The position numbers and the translations under genes are program-made. Positions 8,905 to 19,105 of a DNA stretch of 64,000 bases are shown here, in pieces. Position 1 is the stretch's first letter, and every line of letters begins with the position of its first letter. Source of the DNA: Lentimicrobiaceae bacterium (GTDB lineage Bacteria; Bacteroidota; Bacteroidia; Bacteroidales; UBA4417). The stretch spans positions 158,563 through 222,562 of the forward strand of contig JAPXLB010000001.1 in the NCBI GenBank assembly GCA_033809755.1, given 5' to 3'. Under the pieces are notes generated by a model. It did not search any database. It saw only the letters and a program-made list of their open reading frames with translations, and was not told the DNA's origin.

Positions 8905-9858
8905 CTAACAATTCGGAAATAGCGATAAAGAAACCTTATCTAAAACATCTTTTGAGTTTTGCTTATCAGCGTGTAATTGCTCAATAAGAGCTTCTATGTT
9001 TTTAAAACGTATTTCATCTCGTAGGTGTTTTACAAAAAATAAGCGAACATTTCTGCCGTAAATATCTTCATCAAAATCAAAAATATTTGTTTCAATGGTT
9101 AAATGATGCTCGTCTATTGTTGGTCGGTAGCCGATATTGGTCATGCACTTGTAAAACTCATCGTTAACGCAGAGGTAACAAGCGTAAACCCCAATCTTGG
9201 GTATGAGTTTATCGTTGGAGTCAATTTTTATGTTTGCCGTGGGAAAACCCATTTTTCTGCCCAACTGATTACCTTTAACAACAGTGCCGGAAATAAAATA
9301 GTCGTAACTTAGCAGTTTGTTAGCATCAGGAATATTGCCCAAATTTATGCAATCTTTAATATCCGCCGATTTCACAATAGTATTATTGACTTTCTCATCG
9401 GGAATTTCAATTAATTTGAAATTGTTTTTCTTAGCCGTATCCTTCAACTCATCAATGTTTGTATTCATTTTCGAAAGAAAATCATCGCTATTGAAGAAAA
9501 ACAAGGTGTTGATTTTTATGTTTTTAAGAATAGTGCTTTCTAAAAATTCGCAAGTGTTAAGGTCTGCCAACCACCTGTTAAACGGCACGACAACCAAAGC
9601 ATCAACGCCCAATTGCTCAAGCATAAGTTGTTTTTCGTCGTCGCTAAGCAAGAGTTTAAAGTTGATGTCGTTGTACAAAACCTTTTCGGGAGGCGGCACA
9701 AAAGTAATTACGCAACTCTTTATATTTTGTTCCGACGAGGCTTCGGTCAATGCTTTCAACACTTTTTTGTGTGTCAGATGAATTCCGTCGAAAGAACCTA
9801 TTGCAACATTGTATTTTATTTTTGAGTCAAAATTTGTCCAATTATGGTATAGCTTCAT
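8905..9858 (-). CDS. ribF: RibF-family riboflavin kinase/FAD synthetase (adenylyltransferase domain degenerate)
   Basis: Kinase motifs GFPTAN, NIGYRPT, ETNIFDF and LRDEIRF are intact; the N-terminal GSFDGIHLTH is divergent. Confidence 0.85.
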   Translation of the reverse strand: MKLYHNWTNFDSKIKYNVAIGSFDGIHLTHKKVLKALTEASSEQNIKSCVITFVPPPEKVLYNDINFKLLLSDDEKQLMLEQLGVDALVVVPFNRWLADLNTCEFLESTILKNIKINTLFFFNSDDFLSKMNTNIDELKDTAKKNNFKLIEIPDEKVNNTIVKSADIKDCINLGNIPDANKLLSYDYFISGTVVKGNQLGRKMGFPTANIKIDSNDKLIPKIGVYACYLCVNDEFYKCMTNIGYRPTIDEHHLTIETNIFDFDEDIYGRNVRLFFVKHLRDEIRFKNIEALIEQLHADKQNSKDVLDKVSLSLFPNC

Positions 9859-10864
9859 GTTTCTGCATTTTCTTGTTTATGATGATGGCTGCAATTTGAA
9901 TAGCATTGGTAGCAGCACCTTTGCGAAGGTTGTCGGAAACAACCCACATGTTGAGAGTGTTTGGTTGTGTGTGGTCAATTCTGACTCTGCCTACAAAAAC
10001 TTCATCTTTGCCTTGAGCCAATAAAGGAGTAGGGTAAAGGTTTATGTCGTTACAGTCGCTATGTATTACGCCTGACGAGGAACTTATAATATCTTTTACT
10101 TCGTTGAGCGAGAAAGGTCTTTCAAATTCGGCGTTAATAGCTTCGGAATGAGCCACCATAACCGGAACTCGCACCACAGTTGCGCTGACTTGTATATTAT
10201 TGTCGTTGAAGATTTTACGAGTTTCGTTAACAAGTTTTTCTTCTTCCGAAGTGTATCCGTTTTTGTTAAAATCGCCGCCTTGCGGAATAACGTTTAAATC
10301 TATAGTGTGCGGATAAGCCATTGCAGGCGGTTTTATGCCTTGCCTTTCGCTAGAAAGTTGCGTTAAACCTTTGTGTCCTGAGCCCGAAACCGACTGATAT
10401 GTAGAAACAACAATTCGTTTCAGTTTGTAATGTTTGTGCAACTCCGAAAGAGCAAGCACCATTTGTATTGTCGAGCAATTGGGATTAGCAATAAGTTTAG
10501 TGTTTTCGTTTACGCAATCGCCGTTAATTTCGGGAACTACAAGAGGTACATCATCGTGAAGTCGCCATGCAGAGCTGTTATCTACAACAAAGCATCCCAT
10601 TTTTGTAAATTCTTTCGCATAAGAAATCGACGCTTCTGAACCACACGAAAAAATTGCAATATCAGGCGATTTCTGCAAGCAATCGCTTATTGTCATTACT
10701 TCGTGGTACTTACCATTAAACAATAATTTTTTCCCTTTTGATTTTTCGGAAGCAACAAAAAATATTTCTTTTATCTTACTTAAAGGGAAATAGTTTTCTT
10801 CGGATAAGACTTCCAACAAGGTCTCTCCAACTAATCCGGTTGCTCCTATTATTGCTAATTTCAT
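9842..10864 (-). CDS. asd: Aspartate-semialdehyde dehydrogenase
   Basis: GATGLVG, DNSSAWR, ANPNCST (catalytic Cys), YQSVSGSG, VRVPV..AHSE and DNLRKGAA; likely start MKLAII at 10864. Confidence 0.96.
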   Translation of the reverse strand: MKLAIIGATGLVGETLLEVLSEENYFPLSKIKEIFFVASEKSKGKKLLFNGKYHEVMTISDCLQKSPDIAIFSCGSEASISYAKEFTKMGCFVVDNSSAWRLHDDVPLVVPEINGDCVNENTKLIANPNCSTIQMVLALSELHKHYKLKRIVVSTYQSVSGSGHKGLTQLSSERQGIKPPAMAYPHTIDLNVIPQGGDFNKNGYTSEEEKLVNETRKIFNDNNIQVSATVVRVPVMVAHSEAINAEFERPFSLNEVKDIISSSSGVIHSDCNDINLYPTPLLAQGKDEVFVGRVRIDHTQPNTLNMWVVSDNLRKGAATNAIQIAAIIINKKMQKHEAIP

Positions 10865-10993
10865 TGTTAAAAATATTTTTGTAATTACTGTTAATAAAAA
10901 AATAATAACAATAACTTTACATTTAATTGTCCAAAAATCATTAGTTTTGAAAACTACAAAAATACATATCAATTTGCTAAACAAGACAGAAAT

Positions 10994-13582
10994 ATGAAAA
11001 AATTATTGACGGTTTTACTCATAATGCTTTCGTTATCAGCACATTGTCAGCTTATTGACGATTTTTCCGATGGCGATTTCACTAACAACCCAACTTGGGT
11101 AGGCGACGTTGATGCATTTATTGTAAACACTTCGTATCAGTTGCAGCTAAGCAGTAGCGGCTCGGATGTATCGGCGTTGTGCACTTCTATTCAAGTCCCG
11201 ACGGAAGTAGAGTGGTCATTTTGGGTAAAATTATCTTTTTCGCCCTCGAGTAACAATAATGCAAAGGTTTATTTAATAGCCGACAACAGCGATTTAAAAC
11301 AAGATTTAAACGGTTTTTATATTCAGCTTGGCGAATCCGGTTCCGAAGATGCCATAGAGTTGGTCAAGCAAAGCGGAAGTCAGCATACGGTTATTTGTCG
11401 TGGGCAAGATGGAACCATAGCTTCGTCGTTTACGGCACGCATAAAAGTTACTCGCACCGACGATGGATTGTGGTCGGTATATAGCGATATGAGCGGAAAT
11501 GAAAACTACATTTTGCAAACTACCGGCAACGACAATACGCCTGTTGTAGGACAATACATGGGAGTTTATTGCAAATATACGACTTCCAATAGCAATAAGT
11601 TTTATTTCGACGATTTTTGTGCAGGTGCTATACAATACGACACCACTCCGCCGCAAGTGCTGTCGATTAAGCCAATTTCCGACAATTCCGTTGATATTAT
11701 GTTCAACGAAGCCGTTACGGATGCCACTGCCGGCAATGCCAATAATTACAAGCTATTGCCCAACAATATTATTCCTTATCAGGTTCAGGTTATAGATTAC
11801 GCGACAGTCAGATTAATTTTTAATATTTCCTTTGAAAGCGATTTAATTTACAAAGTGCAGATAAAAAATATTTCCGATTTGGCGGGAAATGTAATGCCAC
11901 AGACGGAAGTTGAATTTGCTTTTCATTCTGTTTCAGCATTCGATGTTTTGATAAATGAAATAATGGCTGACCCTACGCCTGTTGTTGGTTTGCCCGATGC
12001 CGAATATATCGAGTTGTACAATCGCACTGATTTTCCTATCAGTCTTGATAATTGGAAAATGAAAATAGGACGATATTATAAAGATATATCTGATTTTACA
12101 TTAGCACCTAAATCGTACGTTATACTTTGCGACGACGGCTCTGTGCCGCTTCTTTCGGAATATGGCGATATAATAGATTTTGAAACTTTTTCATTGGCAA
12201 ATTCGGGTGCTACGCTCATTTTGTACGACGATTCGGGTAATGTTATTCATGCAGTTGAATATACCGACAAATGGTACAACAGCGATTACAAAAAAGACGG
12301 AGGTTGGTCTTTGGAATTGATTGACCCGAATAATCCTTGTGCTGCACAAAGCAATTGGAGTGCTTCTGTTGATAATTTGGGAGGAACCCCCGGAAGTATA
12401 AATTCCATTTATGGCTCAAATCCCGATACTACCAACCCGAAAATTTTGCGTGTAGGTGTTATTGATGAGTTTAATGTAGAGGTTTGGTTTACCGAAACAT
12501 GCGACAGCATTCAGATTGCTGATGTAAACAATTATTCAATAGATAATAACATAGGCACACCACTGCAAGTTATTTTGTTTCCGCCTTTTTACAACAGAGT
12601 GCAATTGGTTTTGCCTACGGCTTTGCAAGCCGGAACTTTGTACAGCTTGCAATGCTCGCAACTGATAAGCGATTGCGTTGGAAATACTTTTGTTCACACC
12701 GAGAGTGCAATTTTTGCAATTCCAACTCAAGCAGCCGAAAACGATATAGTCATTAATGAATTTTTGTTCAATCCGTTTGCCGGAAGCGTTGATTGGGTCG
12801 AGATTTGGAATGTGTCCGAAAAAGTTATCGATTTAAAAACCTTGGTTTTATCAAATTACGATACTTCTACCAATGCAATTTTGAGTTATCACGAAATATC
12901 CGAAAATTCGTTGCTGATGCTGCCGCAACAGTATTATGTGCTTAGTACTTCGCAAGAAAAAATAAAACCACACTACACCATACAAAATCCTGATGCTTTC
13001 ATAGATATCAACTCAATGCCTACCATGAATAATGAAGACGGAACGGTTGCCTTATGTGCCAAAGGCGGTGGGTTTATTGATAAAGTGGCTTACACTTCCG
13101 ATATGCACTTTGCATTGCTAAAAGATGTGAAAGGAGTTTCGTTAGAACGAATAAATCCGCAGACATCGTCGAGCCAGAGGAGCAATTGGCATTCGGCAGC
13201 CGAAACGGCAGGATTTGCAACGCCCGGATATATTAATTCGCAATTTTCTCCGATTGCGGTATCTGATGCTCAATTGGAGTTGGAACCCGAAGTATTTTCG
13301 CCCGATAACGACGGCTACAACGATGTGTTGAAAATTTCAGTAAATAAAATAAAACCCGGAAGCGTAGTAAATATCACCATATTCGATTCTTTCGGTCAGA
13401 TTGTTAGAAAACTAACTAACAACGAGCTTTCGGGAACATCGGCAGTGTTTTATTGGGACGGATTGAAAGATAATAACCAAAAAGCAAGTATTGGCAGATA
13501 TATTGTCTTTGTTGAGGCATACGATTTGGAAGGCAAAGTCGTTAAATTGAAGAAAACGACAGTACTTGGAGGCAAGCTATAA
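10994..13582 (+). CDS. Secreted lamin-tail-domain protein with T9SS type-B (CHU_C-like) C-terminal domain
   Basis: Signal peptide; two LTD-like repeats (INEIMADP..AEYIELYN and INEFLFNP..DWVEIWN) ending in GTPG/ATPG; C-terminal FSPDNDGYND...WDG...GRYI. Confidence 0.8.
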   Translation: MKKLLTVLLIMLSLSAHCQLIDDFSDGDFTNNPTWVGDVDAFIVNTSYQLQLSSSGSDVSALCTSIQVPTEVEWSFWVKLSFSPSSNNNAKVYLIADNSDLKQDLNGFYIQLGESGSEDAIELVKQSGSQHTVICRGQDGTIASSFTARIKVTRTDDGLWSVYSDMSGNENYILQTTGNDNTPVVGQYMGVYCKYTTSNSNKFYFDDFCAGAIQYDTTPPQVLSIKPISDNSVDIMFNEAVTDATAGNANNYKLLPNNIIPYQVQVIDYATVRLIFNISFESDLIYKVQIKNISDLAGNVMPQTEVEFAFHSVSAFDVLINEIMADPTPVVGLPDAEYIELYNRTDFPISLDNWKMKIGRYYKDISDFTLAPKSYVILCDDGSVPLLSEYGDIIDFETFSLANSGATLILYDDSGNVIHAVEYTDKWYNSDYKKDGGWSLELIDPNNPCAAQSNWSASVDNLGGTPGSINSIYGSNPDTTNPKILRVGVIDEFNVEVWFTETCDSIQIADVNNYSIDNNIGTPLQVILFPPFYNRVQLVLPTALQAGTLYSLQCSQLISDCVGNTFVHTESAIFAIPTQAAENDIVINEFLFNPFAGSVDWVEIWNVSEKVIDLKTLVLSNYDTSTNAILSYHEISENSLLMLPQQYYVLSTSQEKIKPHYTIQNPDAFIDINSMPTMNNEDGTVALCAKGGGFIDKVAYTSDMHFALLKDVKGVSLERINPQTSSSQRSNWHSAAETAGFATPGYINSQFSPIAVSDAQLELEPEVFSPDNDGYNDVLKISVNKIKPGSVVNITIFDSFGQIVRKLTNNELSGTSAVFYWDGLKDNNQKASIGRYIVFVEAYDLEGKVVKLKKTTVLGGKL

Positions 13583-13725
13583 TTTTTAGGTTAACTTTCA
13601 TTGATTGTTTGATAAGCTATTGGCTGGTGCGGGTTATCCCGAAGTTTCGGGACGGGTTGCGTGGTTCGTGGTTCGTGGGATTTTCGACTTCCAACAAATT
13701 CAGCTAACGGCTATCTTACAGTGAG

Positions 13726-13962
13726 GGTTCGGTGCTACGCACCTTGAACGTATGTGCAATTTATTCTATAAATTGTTCGGTGCTAACGCACCTTTTTGGA
13801 TAACACCTTTTATGGGAAAGATTGTGGCAGTTTGGTACTGTGCTTATTTTGCTGATATACGCAGCATCTGTATTTTCGATGGCAATTAACAAAAGCCGTG
13901 TAACGGCGTCCCATTTGTAACTACAAAACAATAAACTTAAGTTAGGTGCGTAGCACCGAACC
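13726..13962. repeat. REPIN-like element with perfect 19-bp terminal inverted repeats
   Basis: GGTTCGGTGCTACGCACCT (13726-13744) and AGGTGCGTAGCACCGAACC (13944-13962); a third internal copy near 13775-13793. Confidence 0.75.
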
Positions 13963-14049
13963 ATTAAACCCAGTGTGTGAAAATATTTAAACTCGGAACT
14001 CTCTCAAAATTTCAGAATGTAAATCCCATGCATCCAGCAACCCATCAAT

Positions 14050-14101
14050 GGCTAACGGCTAAAAGCCAATAGCCGATAGCCAATAGCCAATAGCCAATAG
14101 C
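14050..14101. repeat. TAGCCAA heptamer tract
   Basis: ggctaacggctaaaagccaatagccgatagccaatagccaatagccaatagc; the complementary tract is at 13615-13626. Confidence 0.8.
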
Positions 14102-15234
14102 TAAAGGCTAACAATAAATAAGTCCGATGCTATTTGGTCGGCGAAAATGCGTTGTGTTTTTGTTAAGGTAAGATGATTATCTATTTCTGAAAAGCATTCG
14201 GTTTTGTGTTGTTTTTCAATTTGAGTTATTAAGTAGTCGTGATATTTCGAGCCGAATTTATTGCTAATCAGTTGTAAGTCAATTCCTTTTGAAGTCCGCA
14301 GCGAGGTCATTATGTATTCGTTAAAATTATCGTCTAACGACAAGTTTTCGCATTGAGACGGAATTTTATTTTCGTTTATGCTCTTTATATATTCGGTTAT
14401 ATTATTTGTGTTCCAACATCTGCGATTGTTGTTGAAGGAATGAGCCGAAGGTCCAATTCCCAAATACGGCGTATATTGCCAATAAGCGGAGTTATGTTTC
14501 GACTCAAAATTATCCAAAGCATAGTTAGATATTTCGTAGTGATTGTAACCTTTTCCTGTCAAAAAATCTTCAATCAAAAAGTATTGCTCTGTACTTGTGT
14601 CTTCGTTGGGAGATGCTTTTTTGTCGTTTTCAATTTGCCATTTCAGTTGGGTTTTATCTTCAACAGAAAGCGAATAAGCCGAAATATGAGGAATTTTATT
14701 ATCGCACATAAAAGCCAAATCGCTGATAAGCATGTTGTTATCAAGTGTTGGAATGCCGTAGATAAGGTCAATACTCATGTTGTGGAAACCGTATTCCAAA
14801 GCACTTAGTATGCTGTTAATAGCTTTTTCGCCGCTGTGGTTTCTGCCCAAATAATTTAATGTTTCATCGTTTGTCGATTGTATTCCAATGCTCAGGCGGT
14901 TTATTCCAACGCTTTTCCACATCAGTAAGTTTTCTTTGCAAATATCTTCAGGATTGGATTCCAAAGTAATTTCTTCAACATTGCTAATATCAAAATTCTT
15001 GTTAATGGCGTTGAAAATGCTTTCAATTTGAGATTTATTAAGCATTGATGGAGTTCCACCGCCAAAATATATGGTTTTTATCGGGTTTTTATCGAAGAAA
15101 TTTTTTTGCAGATGGATTTCTTTTGCAATTGCATCAACGCATTCTTGCATTTTGCTTTTGGTGGCTAAGGAAAAGAAATTGCAATAACTGCACTTGCTAC
15201 GGCAAAACGGGATATGAATGTAAATTCCGCACAT
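14101..15234 (-). CDS. hemW: Radical SAM heme chaperone HemW (HemN-like)
   Basis: YIHIPFCRSKCSYCNF, YFGGGTPS, DLIYGIP, YEISNYA and HNSAYW motifs. Confidence 0.92.
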   Translation of the reverse strand: MCGIYIHIPFCRSKCSYCNFFSLATKSKMQECVDAIAKEIHLQKNFFDKNPIKTIYFGGGTPSMLNKSQIESIFNAINKNFDISNVEEITLESNPEDICKENLLMWKSVGINRLSIGIQSTNDETLNYLGRNHSGEKAINSILSALEYGFHNMSIDLIYGIPTLDNNMLISDLAFMCDNKIPHISAYSLSVEDKTQLKWQIENDKKASPNEDTSTEQYFLIEDFLTGKGYNHYEISNYALDNFESKHNSAYWQYTPYLGIGPSAHSFNNNRRCWNTNNITEYIKSINENKIPSQCENLSLDDNFNEYIMTSLRTSKGIDLQLISNKFGSKYHDYLITQIEKQHKTECFSEIDNHLTLTKTQRIFADQIASDLFIVSL

Positions 15235-15235
15235 A

Positions 15236-16765
15236 CTATTTGTTTAGTATAATTCTTAAAGTGCTTCCTTTGCCAACAACGGAGGATTTTACAAATATTT
15301 TGCCTTTGTGATAATCGTTAATAATTCTTTTGGCAAGAGATAGTCCTAATCCCCATCCGCGTGCTTTGCTCGTGTAGCCGGGATTGAAAATAGCTTTGTG
15401 CATATTTCGGGGAATACCTTTTCCGGTATCTTCAATATCAACCGTAACGGTGTGCTCTTGTTCGGTTATAATGATATTTATCTTACCTTTTGAGCCGCCT
15501 ATTGCATCTATAGCGTTTTTAATCAGGTTTTCAATAACCCAACCGAACAGTTGTACATTAAGCGGTAGCATAATAAGATCTGACGAACTTGTAATTTTGT
15601 ACGATATTTTTTGCGAAGTGCGAGTTTTAAGGTATTTCACAACCGAATCAACGACAGAAACAATGTCGGATTGCGTGAGAGTTGGCACTGAGCCGATTTT
15701 CGAAAATCGGGAGGCGACAGTGTTAAGTCGTTCCACATCTTTTTGCATTTCGCCGACAACATTTGGCTCAACATCTTTATCTTTCAGGTATTCCGTCCAT
15801 GCTAAAAGCGAAGACAAAGGTGTTCCAAGCTGATGAGCCGTTTCTTTTGCAAGTCCTGCCCAAACCTGATTTTGTTCGCTGCGTTTTGAAGTGCTGAAAA
15901 GCATGTAAGAGATGAGAAAGAAAACGCCTATAATAGCAAATTGCAGGTACGGATAATAGCGAAGCTGAGTAAGAACTTTTGAATTTTTATAGTAAATCCA
16001 TTGGCTGCCTTTTCCTTCTATATCAAATGAGATAGGCGAATTTTCGGCTTTCATCTCATTTATAAGTTTGGTAACGTTTTCTTTATCGGATAGAATTTTT
16101 TCGGGGATATTGCCCGAAGCCACAACGCAGTTGGCGGCACTATCGTATATAATAACCGGAACCGAAGCCGCATTGTTTACAATATCGTCGTAAAAAGAGC
16201 TGATAAGCGAGTTAATCATGTCTTGTACTTCGGTAAACAGCTTAGAGTCTTTGTAGTATATGTAATTAACCTCATCTTTGTAATATCTGATGGGTATAGG
16301 CGGATAAACCGAAAATTCTTTTTCGATATAATCTTTCATACCAGGAACCGAAGTAGACGTAAAAACAGTATTTACGGCGGCTCTTATGTTTCCATCTTCG
16401 TCGGTTAAAATAACGGGAATAGTTTTATTACCTTCGATTATCAGGTTATAAAAGCTAATATCTTCATCTAATGAAGCTGCGGCTATCTTTTTTTGAGCTT
16501 CGGCGTAAAGTTCTACCTTTGCTCTTTCTTCGTCTTGAATTTGTTTAAAAAATTTATTGGTAGAAGTTACAATTTGCGAACGTTGTTTGATAGTAACAGC
16601 CCAATTATATATTCGCATTTTTTCGTCACGAGCTATCTGCATCACTAGGTAGTTCGAAACCCAAATCGAAAACATAATAATTACAACGGCAACAAGTAGC
16701 AATATTAGTTTCCAATATTGTTTTTTATTATGAAGGTCGTAGCTATTTGAATTGCCTGAATACAT
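15236..16765 (-). CDS. Membrane sensor histidine kinase
   Basis: Two TM segments, H-box ETAHQLGTPLSS, N-box ENLIKNAIDA, DTGKG and GWGLGL; ATG at 16765. No cognate response regulator in the window. Confidence 0.92.
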   Translation of the reverse strand: MYSGNSNSYDLHNKKQYWKLILLLVAVVIIMFSIWVSNYLVMQIARDEKMRIYNWAVTIKQRSQIVTSTNKFFKQIQDEERAKVELYAEAQKKIAAASLDEDISFYNLIIEGNKTIPVILTDEDGNIRAAVNTVFTSTSVPGMKDYIEKEFSVYPPIPIRYYKDEVNYIYYKDSKLFTEVQDMINSLISSFYDDIVNNAASVPVIIYDSAANCVVASGNIPEKILSDKENVTKLINEMKAENSPISFDIEGKGSQWIYYKNSKVLTQLRYYPYLQFAIIGVFFLISYMLFSTSKRSEQNQVWAGLAKETAHQLGTPLSSLLAWTEYLKDKDVEPNVVGEMQKDVERLNTVASRFSKIGSVPTLTQSDIVSVVDSVVKYLKTRTSQKISYKITSSSDLIMLPLNVQLFGWVIENLIKNAIDAIGGSKGKINIIITEQEHTVTVDIEDTGKGIPRNMHKAIFNPGYTSKARGWGLGLSLAKRIINDYHKGKIFVKSSVVGKGSTLRIILNK

Positions 16766-16786
16766 TTGAAACAAATTGCTTGTTTA

Positions 16787-17734
16787 TCAATTTTGTTGTT
16801 TTTTTTCCTTCTCCTTCTCTTTTTCCTTTTCTTCTTCTATTTTAAAGAGTTTTATTGCTCTTTTAATATCCTCAAGTTGTGCAGGAGTTGCTTTAGGGTA
16901 TTTTATGTTCAGTTTTTTAATGTTTTCAACTATTATGTTAATGACTAATGTTCGCATAAACCACTTGTTATCGGCGGGGATAACGTACCACGGAGCGTAG
17001 TTGGTTGAGGTATTGACGAGAGTATCTTCGTAGGCATCCATAAAATCTTTCCAATAAGCTCTGTCTTCAACATCTTTGATTGAAAATTTCCAATTTTTAT
17101 CAGGGTCTTCTATCCTATCTATCAAACGACGTTTTTGTTCGGCTTTCGAAATGTTAAGAAAAAACTTTATTATAACCGTTCCGTTGTTGGTAAGATATTT
17201 TTCAAAGTTATTTATATCTTTAAAACGTGTATCCCAGAACTTTTGGTTGTTTTTAACATCTTTTGGGGCATTAGGAAGTCGCTGGTATTCAATAAGTTTC
17301 GGGTGTACTCTTGTAACAATAACTTCTTCGTAGTACGAGCGATTAAAAATCCCGATTTTGCCTCTTTCGGGAAGTCGTTTAATACATCTCCACATAAAAT
17401 CGTGGTCTAACTCTTCCGGTGACGGAACCTTAAAGCTAGTGATATCGCAACCTTGCGGATTTACACCCGACATCACGTGCTTTATTGTTCCATCTTTGCC
17501 TGCAGCATCCATAGCTTGAAAAATAATCAAAACAGCGTATTGGTCTTGTGCGTAGAGAACTTCTTGCATCTCTTTAAGCTGGCTAATACTGTTTTGAATT
17601 TGTTCTAGAGCTTCTGCTTTGTTGTTAAAGCCGTCGATATCGGGTTTAGTCATCTGACTAAAACGCCTATGAGCTTTGGGGTCGTATATGTAGCGATCAG
17701 TATCCATAGTTTTTGCAGTTATAAGTTTGCCCAT
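16787..17734 (-). CDS. ppk2: Polyphosphate kinase 2 family (class III-like)
   Basis: QAMDAAGKDG Walker A, FNRSYYE, KNWKFS and PWYVIPADNKW motifs. Confidence 0.93.
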   Translation of the reverse strand: MGKLITAKTMDTDRYIYDPKAHRRFSQMTKPDIDGFNNKAEALEQIQNSISQLKEMQEVLYAQDQYAVLIIFQAMDAAGKDGTIKHVMSGVNPQGCDITSFKVPSPEELDHDFMWRCIKRLPERGKIGIFNRSYYEEVIVTRVHPKLIEYQRLPNAPKDVKNNQKFWDTRFKDINNFEKYLTNNGTVIIKFFLNISKAEQKRRLIDRIEDPDKNWKFSIKDVEDRAYWKDFMDAYEDTLVNTSTNYAPWYVIPADNKWFMRTLVINIIVENIKKLNIKYPKATPAQLEDIKRAIKLFKIEEEKEKEKEKEKKQQN

Positions 17735-18315
17735 TTTAGGTATGGCGATGTTTTATTCTCAAAATTAGAAATGTTTTCAAAAATTTCTGAAATATTATCG
17801 GAAATAATAAGTTGGTTTACGTATTCTTCTTTAATAAATTTTTGACTTATGCTGAATTTAATAAAATCCAACAACTTGTTGTAGTAGCCGAGTATATTGA
17901 ATAATGCAACAGGTTTTGAGGTAATTCCCATTTGGTTAAGGCTGATAATTTCAAAAAGCTCGTCTAAAGTGCCCAAACCGCCCGGAAGTGCAATAACAGC
18001 ATCTGATTTTTCAATCATAATTTGTTTGCGTTCATGCATGTTTTCCACTTCAATAAATTGTGTAAGGTCTTTTTTGGCAATATTGAACTTAATCAGGTCT
18101 TTAGGCATTATTCCAATAACTTCGCCGTTGTTTTCCAATACAGCATCGGCAAGAGTTTGCATAAGTCCTAGCTTACTGCCGCCGTATATTAGCGTTATAT
18201 TGTTTTTGGCAAGATATTCGCCTAATTCTCCGGCTTTTTTAACGTACATTGGGTTGCTTCCTGAGGATGAGCCACAGAACACGCAGATGGTTTTTATATT
18301 ATTTGTTTCGGTCAT
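17719..18315 (-). CDS. LOG family nucleotide monophosphate nucleosidase (TIGR00730-like)
   Basis: CVFCGSS, YGG..GLM, MHERK and PGGLGTLDE motifs. Confidence 0.92.
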   Translation of the reverse strand: MTETNNIKTICVFCGSSSGSNPMYVKKAGELGEYLAKNNITLIYGGSKLGLMQTLADAVLENNGEVIGIMPKDLIKFNIAKKDLTQFIEVENMHERKQIMIEKSDAVIALPGGLGTLDELFEIISLNQMGITSKPVALFNILGYYNKLLDFIKFSISQKFIKEEYVNQLIISDNISEIFENISNFENKTSPYLKWANL

Positions 18316-18403
18316 TTATATTATTTGATAAAAAGACAAAGGTAAAAAAATTTTGTTCTAATGCTGATTTTTGCATTTTTCTTTTAGTAATTAGGGTTAA
18401 GAC

Positions 18404-19093
18404 TCAGCCGGAAGCATATTTGAAGTTAAATTCTTCGGCAAATATGGCTTTGAGCTTGTCTTTAACTTCCAAAATGTCCAAATTTTTATTCAAAATTTTT
18501 TGCATAGATGTCGCCGAATTGCTCGCAAATCCGCAAGGGTTAATCATGTTGTAATAATTCAAATCGGTATTGACGTTGAGAGCCAATCCGTGCATGGTTA
18601 TACCTCTGCTGACCCTAACGCCTATTGCACATACTTTTTGTTCGCCGATGTTGTCGATATTTCTAGTCCAAACGCCGGTAGCATGCTCAACACGGTGAGT
18701 TTCGATATTGTAGAGTGCGTTAAGTTTTATGATAACTTCTTCCAAGGAATTTACATATTGTTTTATTCCGATATTAAATTGAGACAAATTAAAGATTGGG
18801 TAGCACACAATTTGTCCGGGACCGTGATAGGTAATATCGCCGCCTCTGTTGGTGTTGTAAAACTCAATTCCTAATTGTTTGAGTTGTTCATTGTTTATCA
18901 GCAAATTGTTTTCGGCTCCATTTTTGCCCAAAGTATAAACGTGATTGTGTTCGACAAAAAGCAAGTAATGCGAGGTTTTGGCGTTGGAGTTGGCTTTGGC
19001 TGCTGCAATACTATTCAGTAGGTTTTCTTGATACTTCCATGCTTCTCCGTACTGCATTACGCCTAAATCTTCAAAAATTACTTCTTCCTGCAT
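18404..19093 (-). CDS. lipB: Octanoyltransferase
   Basis: EHNHVYTLG, RGGDITYHGPGQ, KVCAIG, HGLALN and NPCG motifs. Confidence 0.96.
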   Translation of the reverse strand: MQEEVIFEDLGVMQYGEAWKYQENLLNSIAAAKANSNAKTSHYLLFVEHNHVYTLGKNGAENNLLINNEQLKQLGIEFYNTNRGGDITYHGPGQIVCYPIFNLSQFNIGIKQYVNSLEEVIIKLNALYNIETHRVEHATGVWTRNIDNIGEQKVCAIGVRVSRGITMHGLALNVNTDLNYYNMINPCGFASNSATSMQKILNKNLDILEVKDKLKAIFAEEFNFKYASG

Positions 19094-19105
19094 TTTGCTG
19101 ATACG

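Noticed and set aside
13761..13964. 67-aa ORF as a transposase
   Set aside because: It lies wholly within the REPIN-like element and has no HUH or DDE motif.
16787..16840. EK repeat tail of PPK2 as a contingency locus
   Set aside because: In-frame low-complexity charged tail with mixed codons; no perfect DNA repeat.
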